Below, one piece after another: positions 23,981 to 37,178 of a stretch of DNA of 64,000 bases. The notes below the pieces were generated by a model. That model was given only the letters and a program-made list of their open reading frames with translations. It did no database searches and was not told the origin of the DNA. Each line of letters starts with the position of its first letter. Position 1 is the first letter of the stretch. Source of the DNA: Isurus oxyrinchus (lineage: Eukaryota); the NCBI GenBank assembly GCA_026770705.1, contig JANJGN010000009.1, positions 163,556,001 to 163,620,000 on the forward strand, in the 5' to 3' direction. Both the position numbers and the translations under genes were made by a program.

Positions 23981-26900
23981 GGGCAGGATTTTCCGAGCCC
24001 GCTGGCAGCATGTGTAATAAGTGGCATGTGTGGATAATATGGTGTGAGCTGCTTCACAATGGCAGCATGAAGGCAGGTTGTGATCGTCCGCTCAGCCCAC
24101 CTACAGCGGGTCGTGCTTCCCGCTATCGGTCAGCGGGGAGCTAATTGTTATACATCAGCATGTAAATAAAAGGCCATCCTGCCAGGCTCTTGGAACCCGG
24201 CCGTATCCTCTGTCCACGTTAGCGGGAAAGCACGCCGACGTGATTCACAACAGCACACAGGCAATTTGTACCTGGTGGCCTTGACTCTGGGGGAAATGGG
24301 GTGAGTGAGCAGCAGCGTTCTCCACAGCTTGCCTGTTGTTTACAGGCTTCAGGGATGCCTGACCCCGGATGTGACTGCTGAGAGGGGGGTCTCCGGGGGG
24401 GGTAAGAGCTGGCCAGCCTTGAAATGCTGAGGGCAAGGTGTCTAGTGGCAAGTGCTGGCTGCCTTGGAGGTGGATACTGAGGGGGAGATGTCCAGGGTCA
24501 TGTGATGACCAACCTCAGAGGCGAATGGTGTCGGTGGCTCCATGCTCAGGACCATCTCAGATGCAGCCATTAAACTTAAGACACATCTGGTGCTGTGTCC
24601 TCCTTCAGCACCTCAGCCCATTCAGGAGCTAGTGCGCAGTATCACTGGTCACAGATGCTGGTGTGATGGGGGTCAGCCCCACCTTAAAGATGCTGAGAGC
24701 TCAAAGTGAGAATGAGAGAACTCTGTGGGGCCTGCCCACTCCATTCTGGCAGCAATGCCCAGCTCCGCCGAGGTGCGGGCATCAGTAATGTGTCCAGGGA
24801 GTGTGAGGCTGGACCATCACTGTTATCTGAAGGTTGCACAGAGCACAGGGAAAAGGCCCTGGACTCATACACCTGCCCTTTATCTTGCACAGGAAGGTTT
24901 CACATCTGAGTGACAAGAACACTGCTCATCAGAACAAGGAGCCACAGGCAGGGTGACGTTCTTAGGAGTTTACTGACAATAGTGAACAATATGTACATGT
25001 GACCAACACCCGTACCCAGGCTGTGCAACTACATTTCCCTAACTTTCCTAACCCTGCCACTACATCTTGCTGCTCCCCGGACATCCACAGCAGAGGTGGA
25101 GCTAACCTGCTGCATGTGACGCCCTGTCTGTGATGACACTGGTGGGCGTCCTCTGGAGGGCTGAGACTTGGTGGGCCCCGGCCTGCTTTCGGGGTCCTGC
25201 TGTGTGGTAGTGGCCCCCTCCTCGGCCTGGGGGGCTGGAGCTGCTGAGATCCTAGGAAGAGGGGAGTCGGGTTGGCCAGTCACTCCCAGAACCTCCTGAG
25301 TCGATGGCCCCGGAGTGTGTACCTGCTGCTCCTCCTCCCTATCGGTGTCTGAGTGCCCCAGGCTGACTCGGAGAGTGGAGGATGTAGCTGGAGTGAGATT
25401 GAGCTAATTGTAACCCCTCTCTCATACACACTGTTGGAGGCCAAATATAGCATCAGCGATGGAGTAAACCATGCACAGGAGTGACGTCCTGGGCCAAGGT
25501 CTCCATGGCAGCTGCCATCCTGCCAGTGTTGACCTCAGTGTATTGCAGCACCGGAGTTATCACATCAGCCTGAAGATAGACAGACCCCTCCATCATGCCT
25601 TGCAATCTGAGGAGTGCAGCGGGCATCCCTTCCTGATGTTCCCGAGCTTGCCTTTGCAATTCCAGTAACTGTGACATGACCGAGCCCAGAGGCTGTCATC
25701 TGACTCGGACTCAGCAACATTGTGGCCTCCAGCAGTCCTCTGAGGGGCAGGGGACCTGGGAAGTCCCTGCCTCCACCTGCTGTAGATCAAACAGTGCGAT
25801 GTGCTCCCAGATTGTGATCCTCAGGCTACTCTAAAGCTAGGGCCCACTGAGGTGTGTGTCTCTGCGCTGGCAGAGGCTGTGGGTGAGCTCTGTGACAGAA
25901 CTTCAGGGAGAGTGCCTTCCGATTCCTCTTCAGAGGTTTCTTCAGGAGACCCTGGGTCATGGACTCTGTCGGCTGCTTCCCAGATGTGTCTGTGAAAGCA
26001 AGGGGAGATAATGAGTGCATGGCAGTGGCCTGTGATAAAGGACACATCACTCACAGCATGGTTATCTGATGGGTGTTGCACTGCTGGACCCTCACTTGAT
26101 AGGGCAGTGCCAACCTTACCATCAGCACAGGACTGGCCCCGATCATTGCCGGTCAGCTGGATGGCTCTGCTTTCGAATTCTGTCAGAACTTTGATCTCCG
26201 GCATCCCTCCACCTGTCTCTGACCTTTCCCCCCTGTTGTGTGCCAGTTTGTCCTGTGTGGATATGGATGGGGACAGTGTGTCAGGATGCCTGCAGGGGAC
26301 AGATGATAAGTATGCCTGGCCTGTGTGGGTGGGGAGTGGTCCCGTGGACAGGGTGAGAACAATGAAGGTGTATGTGAACAGGTGAATGGTGACGTCCCTT
26401 GCACTGGCAGTGAGTGAGGGCCCTGTAGATGTGTGATGGGTTTGTGAGTGTGTGAGTTGGGTTTGTGAAAAGAGTGACTTACCCTGGAGGAACGGAGGAG
26501 ATCATTCATCCTTTTGCGGTACTGGGTGACTGTCCTCCTCTGCAGGACGTTCACACTGACCACCGCTGCCTCCACCTCCCAAGCCGGGTTGGGTACTTTG
26601 CTGCCCACCCTGCGGTCAGAGCGTGGGTTAGAGCACATGCCGGTGCCCCTCCACGGCATCCAGCAGTCGCTTGAGGGACCCATCAATGAAGCAGGGGTCT
26701 GCAGTCTTTTTTCCCTCTGTTGGCCATGTCTCCCAGGCAGGGGTGGTGAGCTGGTGGCGATGAGCGCTTTGATGGTAGCTGCCTTTTAAAGATGGTGGCC
26801 AGCGTGATGTAACAGCGGGGTGATGGTGCGTGGGCGAATGAGAGCCCGCTTGCCATGGAAACGGTGTGTTTCACGGGGGTGAATAAATAATGAGCCGGGT

Positions 26901-27003
26901 TCGGGATGATATGGTGTGAAAACCCGTCATCTTCGTCGGCAGGTAGGACTCCATTTTACCCACCCGCTACCGCACTTAGTGCAATTCTGGGAAAATTCTG
27001 CCC
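23981..27003 (-). mobile_element. Harbinger-like DNA transposon (non-autonomous) carrying a multi-exon Myb/SANT pseudogene (ATG 26727, stop 25029)
   Basis: TIRs GGGCAGGATTTTCC / GGAAAATTCTGCCC; MANRGKK(fs)TADPCFIDGSLKRLLDAV, AWEVEAAVVSVNVLQRRTVTQYRKRMNDLLR, coiled-coil exon; no transposase recognised. Confidence 0.8.
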
Positions 27004-27679
27004 ACAGATACAGACACCACTAAAACTCTCATTTAAAATAATTTCCAATAACATTATAAACATTAATATAATGCTTCACACTTCAATAATATGTGTAACA
27101 TGGGATGGAACCTTTATAACTGTAGAATGGGAGACCCACAGGTATAATAAAGAAGGTGTTTTCCTTTTAGAAACCTGATATGATCTTAATGTTATTATGT
27201 TATGATTTTTATCCATATTTTAGCAAATACAATCTACACTTGTGAGGAATTCCCTGTTTCCTAATGACCACAAGCGCAGTTTCAAGCACGAAGCCTGATT
27301 CCCTGTTTGACCACCTCCTCTCTTGCCCCCTCCATTGTCTCTGTGCTGTCAGACTGCCTGTCCAGCTGCTTGTCCAACAGCCAGTCCCAGATTACAACTG
27401 AACATTGTGAAGACTGAAGCCACTGTCTTTGTCCCCACTACAAACACTTTTCCTTATAGCCACTGATTGTATCCACCTCCCTGTCCAATTGAGTTTTCAT
27501 CCAATGTTGTTCTTACCTACAAATTCGACTGTTCCAATACCATCCGAGTTGACCTTACATCTTCCACCCTGAACCAACTTAAGCTCATCAAAACCTTTGC
27601 TGCCAGTTTAACGATGAGTAAGGCTCTATATCAATGCAAGTTATTGTTCTTGTGCTCCACACTTCCCAGTAGGAAATAA

Positions 27680-28145
27680 CATGTTGGACCAGAAAGTGCA
27701 GGAGAGGTTTAGAGGAATGGTTCCAAGAAGAAGCAACTTCAGTTACGAAGATAAATTGGAGAGATTGGGACTGTTCTCCTTGGGGAGGAGAAGGCTAAGA
27801 GGAGATTTAATCGAGGTGTTCAGAATCATGACGGGGCTGGATAGAGTAGAGAGGGAGAAACTGTTCCCGCTCGTAAAAGTGTCAAGAACAAGAGTGCACA
27901 GATTTAATGAGATTTGCAACAGAAGCAACTGTGATGTGAGAAATGAACTTTTCCACATGAGTAGCTCGAGTTTGGAAAGCGCTGCCTAGAAGTGTGGTGG
28001 ATACAAGTTTAATTGAGTCTTTCAACGCAGCATTAGATTATTATTTGAAAAGAAACAATGTGCAAGGATACAGGGAAAAATCAGGAGAATGGCACAAAGT
28101 CATATTGCTCATTTGGAGAGCCGGTGCAGACACGATCGGCCAGGT
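27680..28145 (+). mobile_element. CR1 3' end
   Basis: EDKLERLGLFSLGRRRLRGDLIEVFRIMTGLDRV. Confidence 0.9.
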
Positions 28146-28566
28146 GGTCTCTACTGGATTCTACTGGACTCATCAGAAATCCAGTAGGGATTCCAGTTGC
28201 TTCAGCTAAATTGAGCTGGAACCACAGCACCTGTTCCCAATTGGACTAGGAGTCAGAGAGGGACAATGCAAGAACTGGGGCATAAACTCTCATTCAGTGG
28301 GTGGTGCAGTCTGAGGAGGACCTGAGAAGGCTTCGAGAGAAAGGTGGGAAAGTGGGAGAAAGGGAGACAGAGACAGAAGCATCCATGACATTGTCCCCAG
28401 AGTTGGTCACTCTGGCAGAATCAGCATCAGCCTCAGGGAAGGAGGCAACTGTGGAGGAGATGGCAGTGGCGGAGGTGGAGGTGGCAGATACGGTACATGG
28501 CAGAGGAGGTGGCGATAGCAGCGGAACTGAAGGTTGCAGTGAAGTCGGCAACAATAGTGGAGAAGG

Positions 28567-29380
28567 ATGAGGTGGAGGCAGTGACTGAGGAGGCTGAGGT
28601 GGAGGCAGTGACTGAGGAGGTTGTTGGAGGCTGAGGTGGAGGCAGTGAGTGAGGAGGCTGAGGTGGAGGTGGTGGCTGAGGAGGCTGAAGTGGAGGCAGT
28701 GACTGAGGAGGCTGAGGTGGAGGCAGTGACTGAGGAGGCTGAGGAAGAGGCAGTGACTGAGGAGGCTGAGGTGGAGGCAGTGACTGAGGAGGCTGAGGTG
28801 GAGGCAGTGACTGAGGAGGCTGAGGTGGAGGCAGTGACTGAGGAGGCTGAGGTGGAGGTGGTGAATGAGGAGGCTGAGGTGGAGGTGGTGGTTGAGGAGG
28901 CTGAGGTGGAGGCAGTGACTGAGAAGGTTGAGGTGGAGGCAGTGACTGAGGAGGCTGTGGTGGAGGTGGTGGTTGAGGAGGCTGAGGTGGAGGCAGTGAC
29001 TGAGGAGGCTGATGTGGAAATGGTGACTGAGGAGGCTGAGGTGGAGCCAGTGACTGAGGAGGCTGAGGTGGAGGCAGTGACTGAGGAGGTTGAGGTAGAG
29101 GTGGTGACTGAGGAGGCTGAGGTGGTGGCAGTGGCTGAGGAGGCTGAGGTGGAGGTGGTGCCTGAGGAGGTTGAGGTGGAGGCAGTGACTGAGGAGGCTG
29201 AGGTGGAGGTGGTGCCTGAGGAGGTTGAGGTGGAGGCAGTGACTGAGGAGGCTGAGGTGGAGGCAGTGACTGAGGAGGCTGAGGTGGTGGCAGTGGCTGA
29301 GGAGGCTGAGGTGGAGGTGGTGCCTGAGGAGGTTGAGGTGGAGGCAGTGACTGAGGAGGCTGAGGTGGAGGTGGTTGCCG
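28567..29380. repeat. 27-bp minisatellite array (copy B, longer)
   Basis: Same unit, roughly 30 copies. Confidence 0.9.
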
Positions 29381-30302
29381 AGGCGATGGAGGTAGTGAAT
29401 GTGGGGGTGGAGGAGGAGACATCAGCAGCGGCAGCAGCAGAGACAGTGACTGAGGCTGAGGAGGGGGAGGCAGCGGCTGTGACAGTGACAGAGGGAGAAG
29501 CAGCGAAGGCGGCAGCAGCAAAGGCTGAGGCCACAGTGAGGGAGGCTGTGGAGAGGGAGCTGGAGGTGGGGCAGAGGCAGCGAGGAGACGGTACGAGACC
29601 AGGAGCAGCAACAAAACCTGCCTTGTGGTTGTGAGGCTCAGGGCAATGGCGACTGTGAGTTGATATCTTCCATGTGCCATGTGTGTGTCTCCGAGTCAGC
29701 GCACCGGACCACACTGCTTCTGCCCGATTAGGGCGCTTCAGTGGAGTCCGACACCAGTCCAGTGCCACCCAGCTCCCATTCCCGAGGACAGGTGATGGAA
29801 CCTGCCCAGTGCCAGGATGAGCTGCTTGGTAAGATCGGGAGGTGGGAAGTAGAGAAGGCAGCCGACCAGGAAAAGCTGGAGGATATCTCCAGGATTACTG
29901 ACTGTCTCCAAGAAGAAACTCTTGTAGCCTTCAGGCAGGGTATATATATGTTTATATAGCTGCAATTTAAAGTTACCTGCCACATCCCTTTTAACACTTT
30001 CTAATGCAGCATCGCTCTGATCAGAATCAGATTTATTGGGGTTGTGCAAATGTCTCCCCAGCCTCTGATATAACAATAAAAAGCTGCTTTTTCCTTTCCA
30101 GTTGCAGTAAGAGGAATGTCCCAGCCTCTCAATGTGACAGGGCAGCCCAGGACTATGTCTCTCAGTGCAACACCCAGGAACACACACAGTGCAGCCCCCA
30201 CATTGATTGTTCCAGTTGTGCGGGGAAAGCGTGCATGTGGAGTAAGTGTACAATTGGGAAGATATTGATTCTCACAACATTTCCACGGCTTTAAATCAAA
30301 TT

Positions 30303-30406
30303 GAGTTCTGTTGAAGGGTCATGAGGACTCGAAACTTCAACTTTGCTCTTCTCCGCCGATGCTGACAGACCTGCTGAGTTTTTCCACTTATTTCTGTTTT
30401 TGTTTT
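30303..30406 (+). mobile_element. Penelope terminal fragment (copy-B-specific insertion)
   Basis: Absent at the matching copy A site (~2097); matches the pseudo-LTRs at 40256, 42690 and 44615. Confidence 0.75.
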
Positions 30407-30459
30407 ATTCTGAATGTTTTGTCTGGAGTCAATTACAAGCAGCGTAGACAATGTCTGTG

Positions 30460-30702
30460 ATAAAAACAAAGAGAACTGCGGATGCTGGAAATGCAAAACA
30501 AAAACAGAATTACCTGGAAAAACTCAGCAGGTCTGGCAGCATCGGCGGAGAAGAAAAGAGTTGACGTTTCGAGTCTTCATGACCCTTCGACAGAACTGGA
30601 CTGTCGAAGTCGAAGGGTCATGAAGACTCGAAACGTCAACTCTTTTCTTCTCCGCCGATGCTGCCAGACCTGCTGAGTTTTTCCAGGTAATTCTGTTTTT
30701 GT
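30460..30702. mobile_element. Palindromic Penelope terminal insertion with 15-bp TSD
   Basis: TAGACAATGTCTGTG at 30445 and 30703 (single at copy A ~2136); inverted arms 30497-30591 / 30609-30703. Confidence 0.85.
30559..30597 (-). ncRNA. Hammerhead-like motif, second intact copy
   Basis: Reverse complement AGTT-CTGTCGA-A-GGGTC-ATGAA-GACTC-GAAA-CG-TC-AACT. Confidence 0.5.
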
Positions 30703-30845
30703 TAGACAATGTCTGTGTTTTAATTGTGTGTGGCTGTCCTCGTTTTTCACAATAAAATTTGCCAGGCTTTTACTCAACTTTTATTCTGAGTGTTTTTTCT
30801 GAGTTTATGGAGATATAACCTCATATTCTGCTGAAATGCACTTTA

Positions 30846-31219
30846 NNNNNNNNNNNNNNNNNNNNNNNNNNNNNNNNNNNNNNNNNNNNNNNNNNNNNNN
30901 NNNNNNNNNNNNNNNNNNNNNNNNNNNNNNNNNNNNNNNNNNNNNNNNNNNNNNNNNNNNNNNNNNNNNNNNNNNNNNNNNNNNNNNNNNNNNNNNNNNN
31001 NNNNNNNNNNNNNNNNNNNNNNNNNNNNNNNNNNNNNNNNNNNNNNNNNNNNNNNNNNNNNNNNNNNNNNNNNNNNNNNNNNNNNNNNNNNNNNNNNNNN
31101 NNNNNNNNNNNNNNNNNNNNNNNNNNNNNNNNNNNNNNNNNNNNNNNNNNNNNNNNNNNNNNNNNNNNNNNNNNNNNNNNNNNNNNNNNNNNNNNNNNNN
31201 NNNNNNNNNNNNNNNNNNN
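30846..31219. other. Assembly gap (N run)
   Basis: 374 N. Confidence 1.
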
Positions 31220-31723
31220 ACACACAAATATCCTCAATAACCCCACAAACACCGATACGCACAGACAGCAATATCGTCCATCACCCCACACACACACACA
31301 GAAACCTAAGCACACACAGTAATATCCTCAATCACCCCCACACACACACACACATACACACACACACACAAACCTAAGCACACACAATAATATCCTCAAT
31401 CACCCCCCCCACACACACACATACACACACACACACACAAACCTAAGCACACACAGTAATATCCTCAATCACCCACACACACACACACACACATACACAC
31501 ACACATACACACACACACACACAAACATAAGCACACATAGTAATATCCTCAATCACCCCCACACACACACACACATTCACACACACACACACATACACAC
31601 ACACACACACACAAACCTAAGCACACACAGTAATATCCTCAATCACCCCCACACACACACACATACACACACACACACACACAAACATAAGCACACACAG
31701 TAATATCCTCAATTACCACCCAC

Positions 31724-31770
<47 letters not shown>

Positions 31771-31830
31771 GCACACACAAACATAAGCACACACACTAAT
31801 ATCCTCAATCACATACACACACACACAAAC
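31220..31830. repeat. Compound minisatellite: AAACCTAAGCACACACAGTAATATCCTCAATCACCCC + (CA)n
   Basis: Tandem ~55-90 bp units; only a short version at 2280-2360 in copy A. Confidence 0.9.
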
Positions 31831-32569
31831 ATGGGAATGCGTGATTCAGTTCATTGTTGACATTCTTGATCCTCATTTGGCCCTGCAATATATCAGTGCA
31901 CCAGCAATAAACACCAACAGATAAACGGGAAAAGTAACCAGTTTGGACCAGTACTACTTACATCACCAGTATTTCTGGCTGTTCCTACTGGGCGACCGGT
32001 AATAACGGTGATATTGACAGTTTTACTGGTCCTACCTAGTTCAGAACTGGTCTTCATTTACCAGTTTGGAATTGGGATCTACTGGTGTCAGTATTACAGG
32101 GACTTCCTTCTGGGAATGACAATAAATGAATGTGCTTCTCAACTCACTGCATTGTCAACCTGAGGTCCATTGCTTTAGACATGTAAGAGTGAAGACTTTA
32201 CCCATGTGGAACAGATTGCCTTTAGAGGCCTGAGTTTCCTTCCGGTTTCAATGGTTGAAAACTTTTTGTTGTGTACAGAATGGTGAGGGTGGATGTTCAA
32301 TCCTAAATGAACGTAGTTCAGTTTCAGCGCAATTCGTTAACTCCACAAATAATTTAACGGTTGATGACCAACGTAAATAAAGAGTTGAACTCTGAAAAAA
32401 ATGTTTTCAAAGCTGTTGCACCTTGTCATGTAGATGGTGGCTTGAAACCACAAGAAAAATGTGCTGCTATTGTTAGGATTGAGGTGTGACAGAAAGCTGT
32501 GAATGTACAACAGGTGTTAGTCACAAAATGAAGGGTTGTGTTTGCAAATGCGAGAAGAAGAAGAACTGC

Positions 32570-35500
32570 ATTGTTACAGGGCAAACACGTTGGCAGTAAG
32601 TGTTTGAAGGTTAAGCAGCTTCAGCTCAGAACAGACACTGAGACGCATCAGGGAGAAGGAAAGTTACCTGGATTCTTTGTGCCAGGAGGCAATCACAGCT
32701 CTTAGGACAGGGTGAGTGTGACTGCGAGTGCGGCAGGTAAAGGGACCCAGAGGGCAGGAGCGCAGGAGCCTCAGCCTTTACAATTGTTCTACAGGTCTGA
32801 ACTTTTCTCAGCTTGTTTGGACAAGAGCAGCGGGTGAGCAGGGGGGATGAGCGAACTGACCATGGCACCATGGCACAGGAAGCCATCCAAGTGGGGGGAG
32901 CAAACAGGAATGTAGCGGTAGTGAGGGATAGTATAGTCAGAGGGATTGACACCGTTCTCTGCAGCAAACAGCGTGAGTCCACACGACCATGTTGCCTGCC
33001 CGGTGCCAGGGTGTGGGATGTCGGCTCGGGGCTGGGGAGGAACTTGCATTGGGAGGGGGAGCACCCAGTCATCATGGTCCATGTAAGCACCAACGACATA
33101 GGCAGCACAGAGAAGGTGGTTCTGCACAATCAATATGAGGAATGAGGCATCAGATTAAGAAGCAGAACCACAAAGGTCATAACCGATGGATTATTACCTG
33201 AGCCATGTGCAAATTGCCACAGGACCAATCAGACTCAGGAGGTGGATGTGGCTCAAAGGCTGGTGTGGAAGAAGTGGGTTCTGGTTTGTAGGGCACAACA
33301 ACCAGTACTGGGGAAAGTGGGATCTGTACCATTGGGATGGTCTACACCTGAACCGTGCTGGGACCATTGTTCTTGCAAGCCACATAACTAGGGAGGTAGA
33401 GAGGGTTTTAAACTAAATAGTGGACAACAGATCATATTTGGGATAATGTTGTAATTCAAGGAGCAGAAACAAGTCAAAAGATAAAGGTATTATTCGGAAA
33501 AATGAAAAACAGACACTGACAAGGGGGGATAGAGAGAACAAATCTAACAGTAAATCAACAGATGAAACTGAAGGGTATAAAAAGCATAAAAGGATAAAAC
33601 TAAAAGCTCTGTATCTGAATGCACGTAGCATTCAAAACAAAACAGATGAACTGAGAGCGCACATAGAAATCAATAATTACAATTTGATAGCCATTACGGA
33701 GACTTGGCTGCAGGAGGACATGGATTGGGATGTGAATATTGAAGGGTACAGGGTACTTAGGAAGGATAGGAAGCGAGGAAAAGGTGTAGCGGTGGCTCTG
33801 TTAGTGAATGATGGTATTAGTACAAGAGAGGAAGAAATAATTGGAGCTTGTCAGAAAGTCATGGTGATAATCATGGGAGATTTTAATTTACATATGGAAT
33901 GGAAAAGTCAGATGGGCAAAGATAGCCTAACGGAGGAGTACATTGAATGTTTTCAAGATAGTTTCTGAGCGCGGGATGTTCTGGATTCAGCCAGACAGCA
34001 GGCTATACTAGACCTGCTATTGTGCAATGAGATGGGAGGAATTAACGATCTCATCATGAAGATGCCCCTAGGAAACAATGACCATAATAGGATGAATTTT
34101 ACATTCAGTTTGAAGGAGAGAGGAGTGGGTCTGAGTCTAAGGCGGGGATTTTTGGGCCCTGCTGCTGGTGGGACTCGCTGTGGGGGAGGCAGTTCCCCAG
34201 TCAGAAGCCCCACTGACTTGCGACAGGACAGGAAGGGCCGGCGAGCGGGTGTGGAAAATCCCACTGTAAGTTTTTAAACTTTAATAAGTGCAATTATAAG
34301 GACATGAAAGCTGGGATGGCTAAAGTGAATTGGCAAAATAAGTTAAGGGACAGGTCAATCGAGATGCAATGGCTCATATTTAAGGGGATATTTCAGAATG
34401 CACATTCCAACGAGTAAGAAAAAGTCTAAGTGACGGACACACCATCCGTGGTTAACTTGAATGTTTAAACATAATATCAAACTCAAAGGAAAAGTATATA
34501 ATTCTGCAAAGAGAGGTGGCGGGTCAGAAGATTGGACAGAATAAAAGGAACAGAAAAGAATGACTAAAAGACTAATAAGAAGGGAAAATTTAGTTTATGA
34601 GAGAAAGGTAGCCAGGAATATAACAACAGATAGGAAGAGTTTTTATAAGTACGTAAAAAAGAAAAGAGTGAACAAAGTGTGTGCTGGTCCTATGGAAGGT
34701 GAGCCTGGAGAATTGATAATGGAAAACAAGGAGATGGCAGATGAATTGAACAGGCATTTTGCACCAGTCATATTGAAAATGTTAGAAGCTATTATTAAAG
34801 AAATTATAGCAGGACACTTGGATAAGGTCATGGTCATCAGGCAGAATCAACATGGTTTTGTGAAAGGGAAATCTGTTCAACCAGTTTTTTGGAGTTCTTT
34901 GAGGAAGTAACATATGCTGTGGAGAAAGGGGATCTGGTGGATGTACTGTACTGAGGTTTCTAGAAGGCATTTCATAAGTTATTGTGGAAAATAAAAGCTC
35001 ATGGTATAGGGGGTCACATACTGGTATGGATAGAAAACTGTCTGGCTAACAAGAAACAGAGAGTAGGCATGAATGAGTCTTTTTTAGTTTGGCAAGATAT
35101 AAGAGTGGTGTGGCACAGGGATCATTGCTGGGACCTCAACAGTTTGCACTTAATATCAATGACTTGGATGAAGGGTTTGAAGGGATGGTTTCTGAATTTG
35201 CTGATGACACAAAAATAGGTAGAAAGTAAGTTGTGAGGGGGACATAAGGAGGCTACAAAAAGATATAGATAGGTTTAGACAGTGGGCACTGATCTGGAAA
35301 ATGGAGTATAATGTGGGAAAATGTAAAATTGTCCATTTTGGCAGGAAGAATAAAAGAGAAGCATGTTATCTTAATGGTGAGAGATTGCAGAGCTCTGAGG
35401 TGCAGAGGGATCTGGCTGTCCTAGTGCATGAATCACAAAAGGTTAGTATGGAGATACCGCAAGTAATTAGGAAAGCTGATAGAATGATTTCATTTATTGT

Positions 35501-35945
35501 GAGGGAGATTGAATTCAAAAGTAGGGAAGTTATTCTTCATCTGCATAGGGCACTAGTGAGACTACATTTGGAGGACTCTGTACAGTATTGGTCACATTAT
35601 TTAAGGAAGGATGTAAATGCATTGGAAGCAGTTCAGAGAAGGTTTACCAGGCTAATACCAGGAATGGGTGGATTGTCTAATGAGGAAACGTTGGACAGAC
35701 TAGGCTTCTATCTGCTGGAGTTTAGAAGAGTAAGAGGCGAATTGATTGAAACATATAAGTTCCTGAGGGGAATTGACAGGGTGAGTGCAGAGAGGATGTT
35801 TCCTCTTGTGGGAAAATGTGGGGTCACCAATTTAGAACAGAGATTAGGTGATTTTTTTTAACTCAGAGGCTCGTGAGTCTTTGGAAATCTCTTCCTGAAA
35901 AGGTGGTGAAGGGGAGACTTCGAATATTTTTAAGGCAGAGGTGGA
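32570..35945 (+). mobile_element. Degenerate CR1 LINE (duplicate of 3100-6465)
   Basis: Same ORF1/ORF2 motifs and the same internal deletions. Confidence 0.9.
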
Positions 35946-37141
35946 GTGGCACAAATCAGCAGTAACTTGTGGCAATTCACGATTCATTGGCTTTTTTCTT
36001 CATCGCCAAAAGTTGCTGACTGATTTTCACATTAAAAGAGGTGTTCGTAGTTCATACCCCATTATATTTTCAGTAAGTTCTAGCCCATTGTTATAGAATT
36101 GATTTTCCAGGCAACTTTTCTGGGTGGAAACATTGAACTTTATTTACAAGACAGCAGCAGCAGCTACATGTGTGTATCTAACTCTATAACTAAAGGACAA
36201 CTCCCCCATGGAGGTTCCCCATGCTGCAAACTGGTTGGATCACACAGATCATGTTCTCTTACCAGAAAGGATTATTCTTAATGTTACAGTCCTACATTGA
36301 TCAAAACTATAATTATTACATTCCTCACCCTTTACCTTTTCTGTACATTTGTATTTACAAGGATGTTGATCTCATGACATTAAAATACTTCCACAGGTCA
36401 TGAAATTATAAGCTTGGTCTTTCAAGTGGTTTCCTGATCCATGTGGAACGTTTTAGTTTCACGACCTCAGATTCTCTGACAGGAACCACAGTCTCTGCAA
36501 TAACATCAGGTACCTCATTAGGCACAGGCAGATCAGTGTCGTCCACTCCGACAGAGACATCGGGCATGACTATCCTTGGCTGTACAATTTTAACAGGAAC
36601 CACAGGTTCAACAATGGCTACAATTGGAACATCATTTTGTGGGGTATCTCCATTCTTTTTAAATCAATCAGATGCTAATGGGTGATCTACAAAGATTAGC
36701 AAATAAAACCAAAATGTTAAGAAATCTCTGTATTCAATTTGACAACTAAATTTCAGAAATGAAAAAAATACTTCTGTTCCTGTGGGGTTTGTGGAAATTG
36801 GGAGGGGGTTCCTTTTCTAACTCACCTCACAATTCAGTATCAATACTAGCTCAGCTCATCATTATCCATATGTTCTAACATTTTAACATTCTGGTTTTCA
36901 GGATTTTATATCCTCAATGAAAATTAGATTTGTTCTTTTGTTAAATATAACTGACAGAAGTTCACGTTCTTAGGGCCAGATTTCATCAGATGCCTTAATA
37001 TGGCTTCATGACCTGGCTTCCTGCTATCTTCTTCCTCATTTAAATTCCTTGCATCATTTATATTAGACACTTACTTCGATGTGAGAAACAAGAGCTGAGT
37101 GTCTGGAAACAAGTTCTGTCCTGAGCTTTGTGAACAAAACG

Positions 37142-37178
37142 ATGTGGATTTTGATTCTCCTCATTAGTTCTCTGCCCG
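37142..37178 (+). CDS. Gene B (inhibitory-type CD300/pIgR-like Ig receptor) exon 1, leader
   Basis: ATG at 37142, MWILILLISSLP, donor G|GTGAGT. Confidence 0.85.

Noticed and set aside
28407-29768. Long mucin-like, proline-rich or glutamate-rich ORFs (also 599-1487) as host genes
   Set aside because: A stop-free 27-bp repeat opens several frames by construction; copy A has an in-frame TAG (1081) on + and a frameshift relative to copy B; no signal peptide
30805-31315. ORFs spanning the N run
   Set aside because: Artefacts of the assembly gap
31220-31830. CRISPR-like repeat/spacer array
   Set aside because: The spacers are (CA)n microsatellite in eukaryotic DNA; no cas genes
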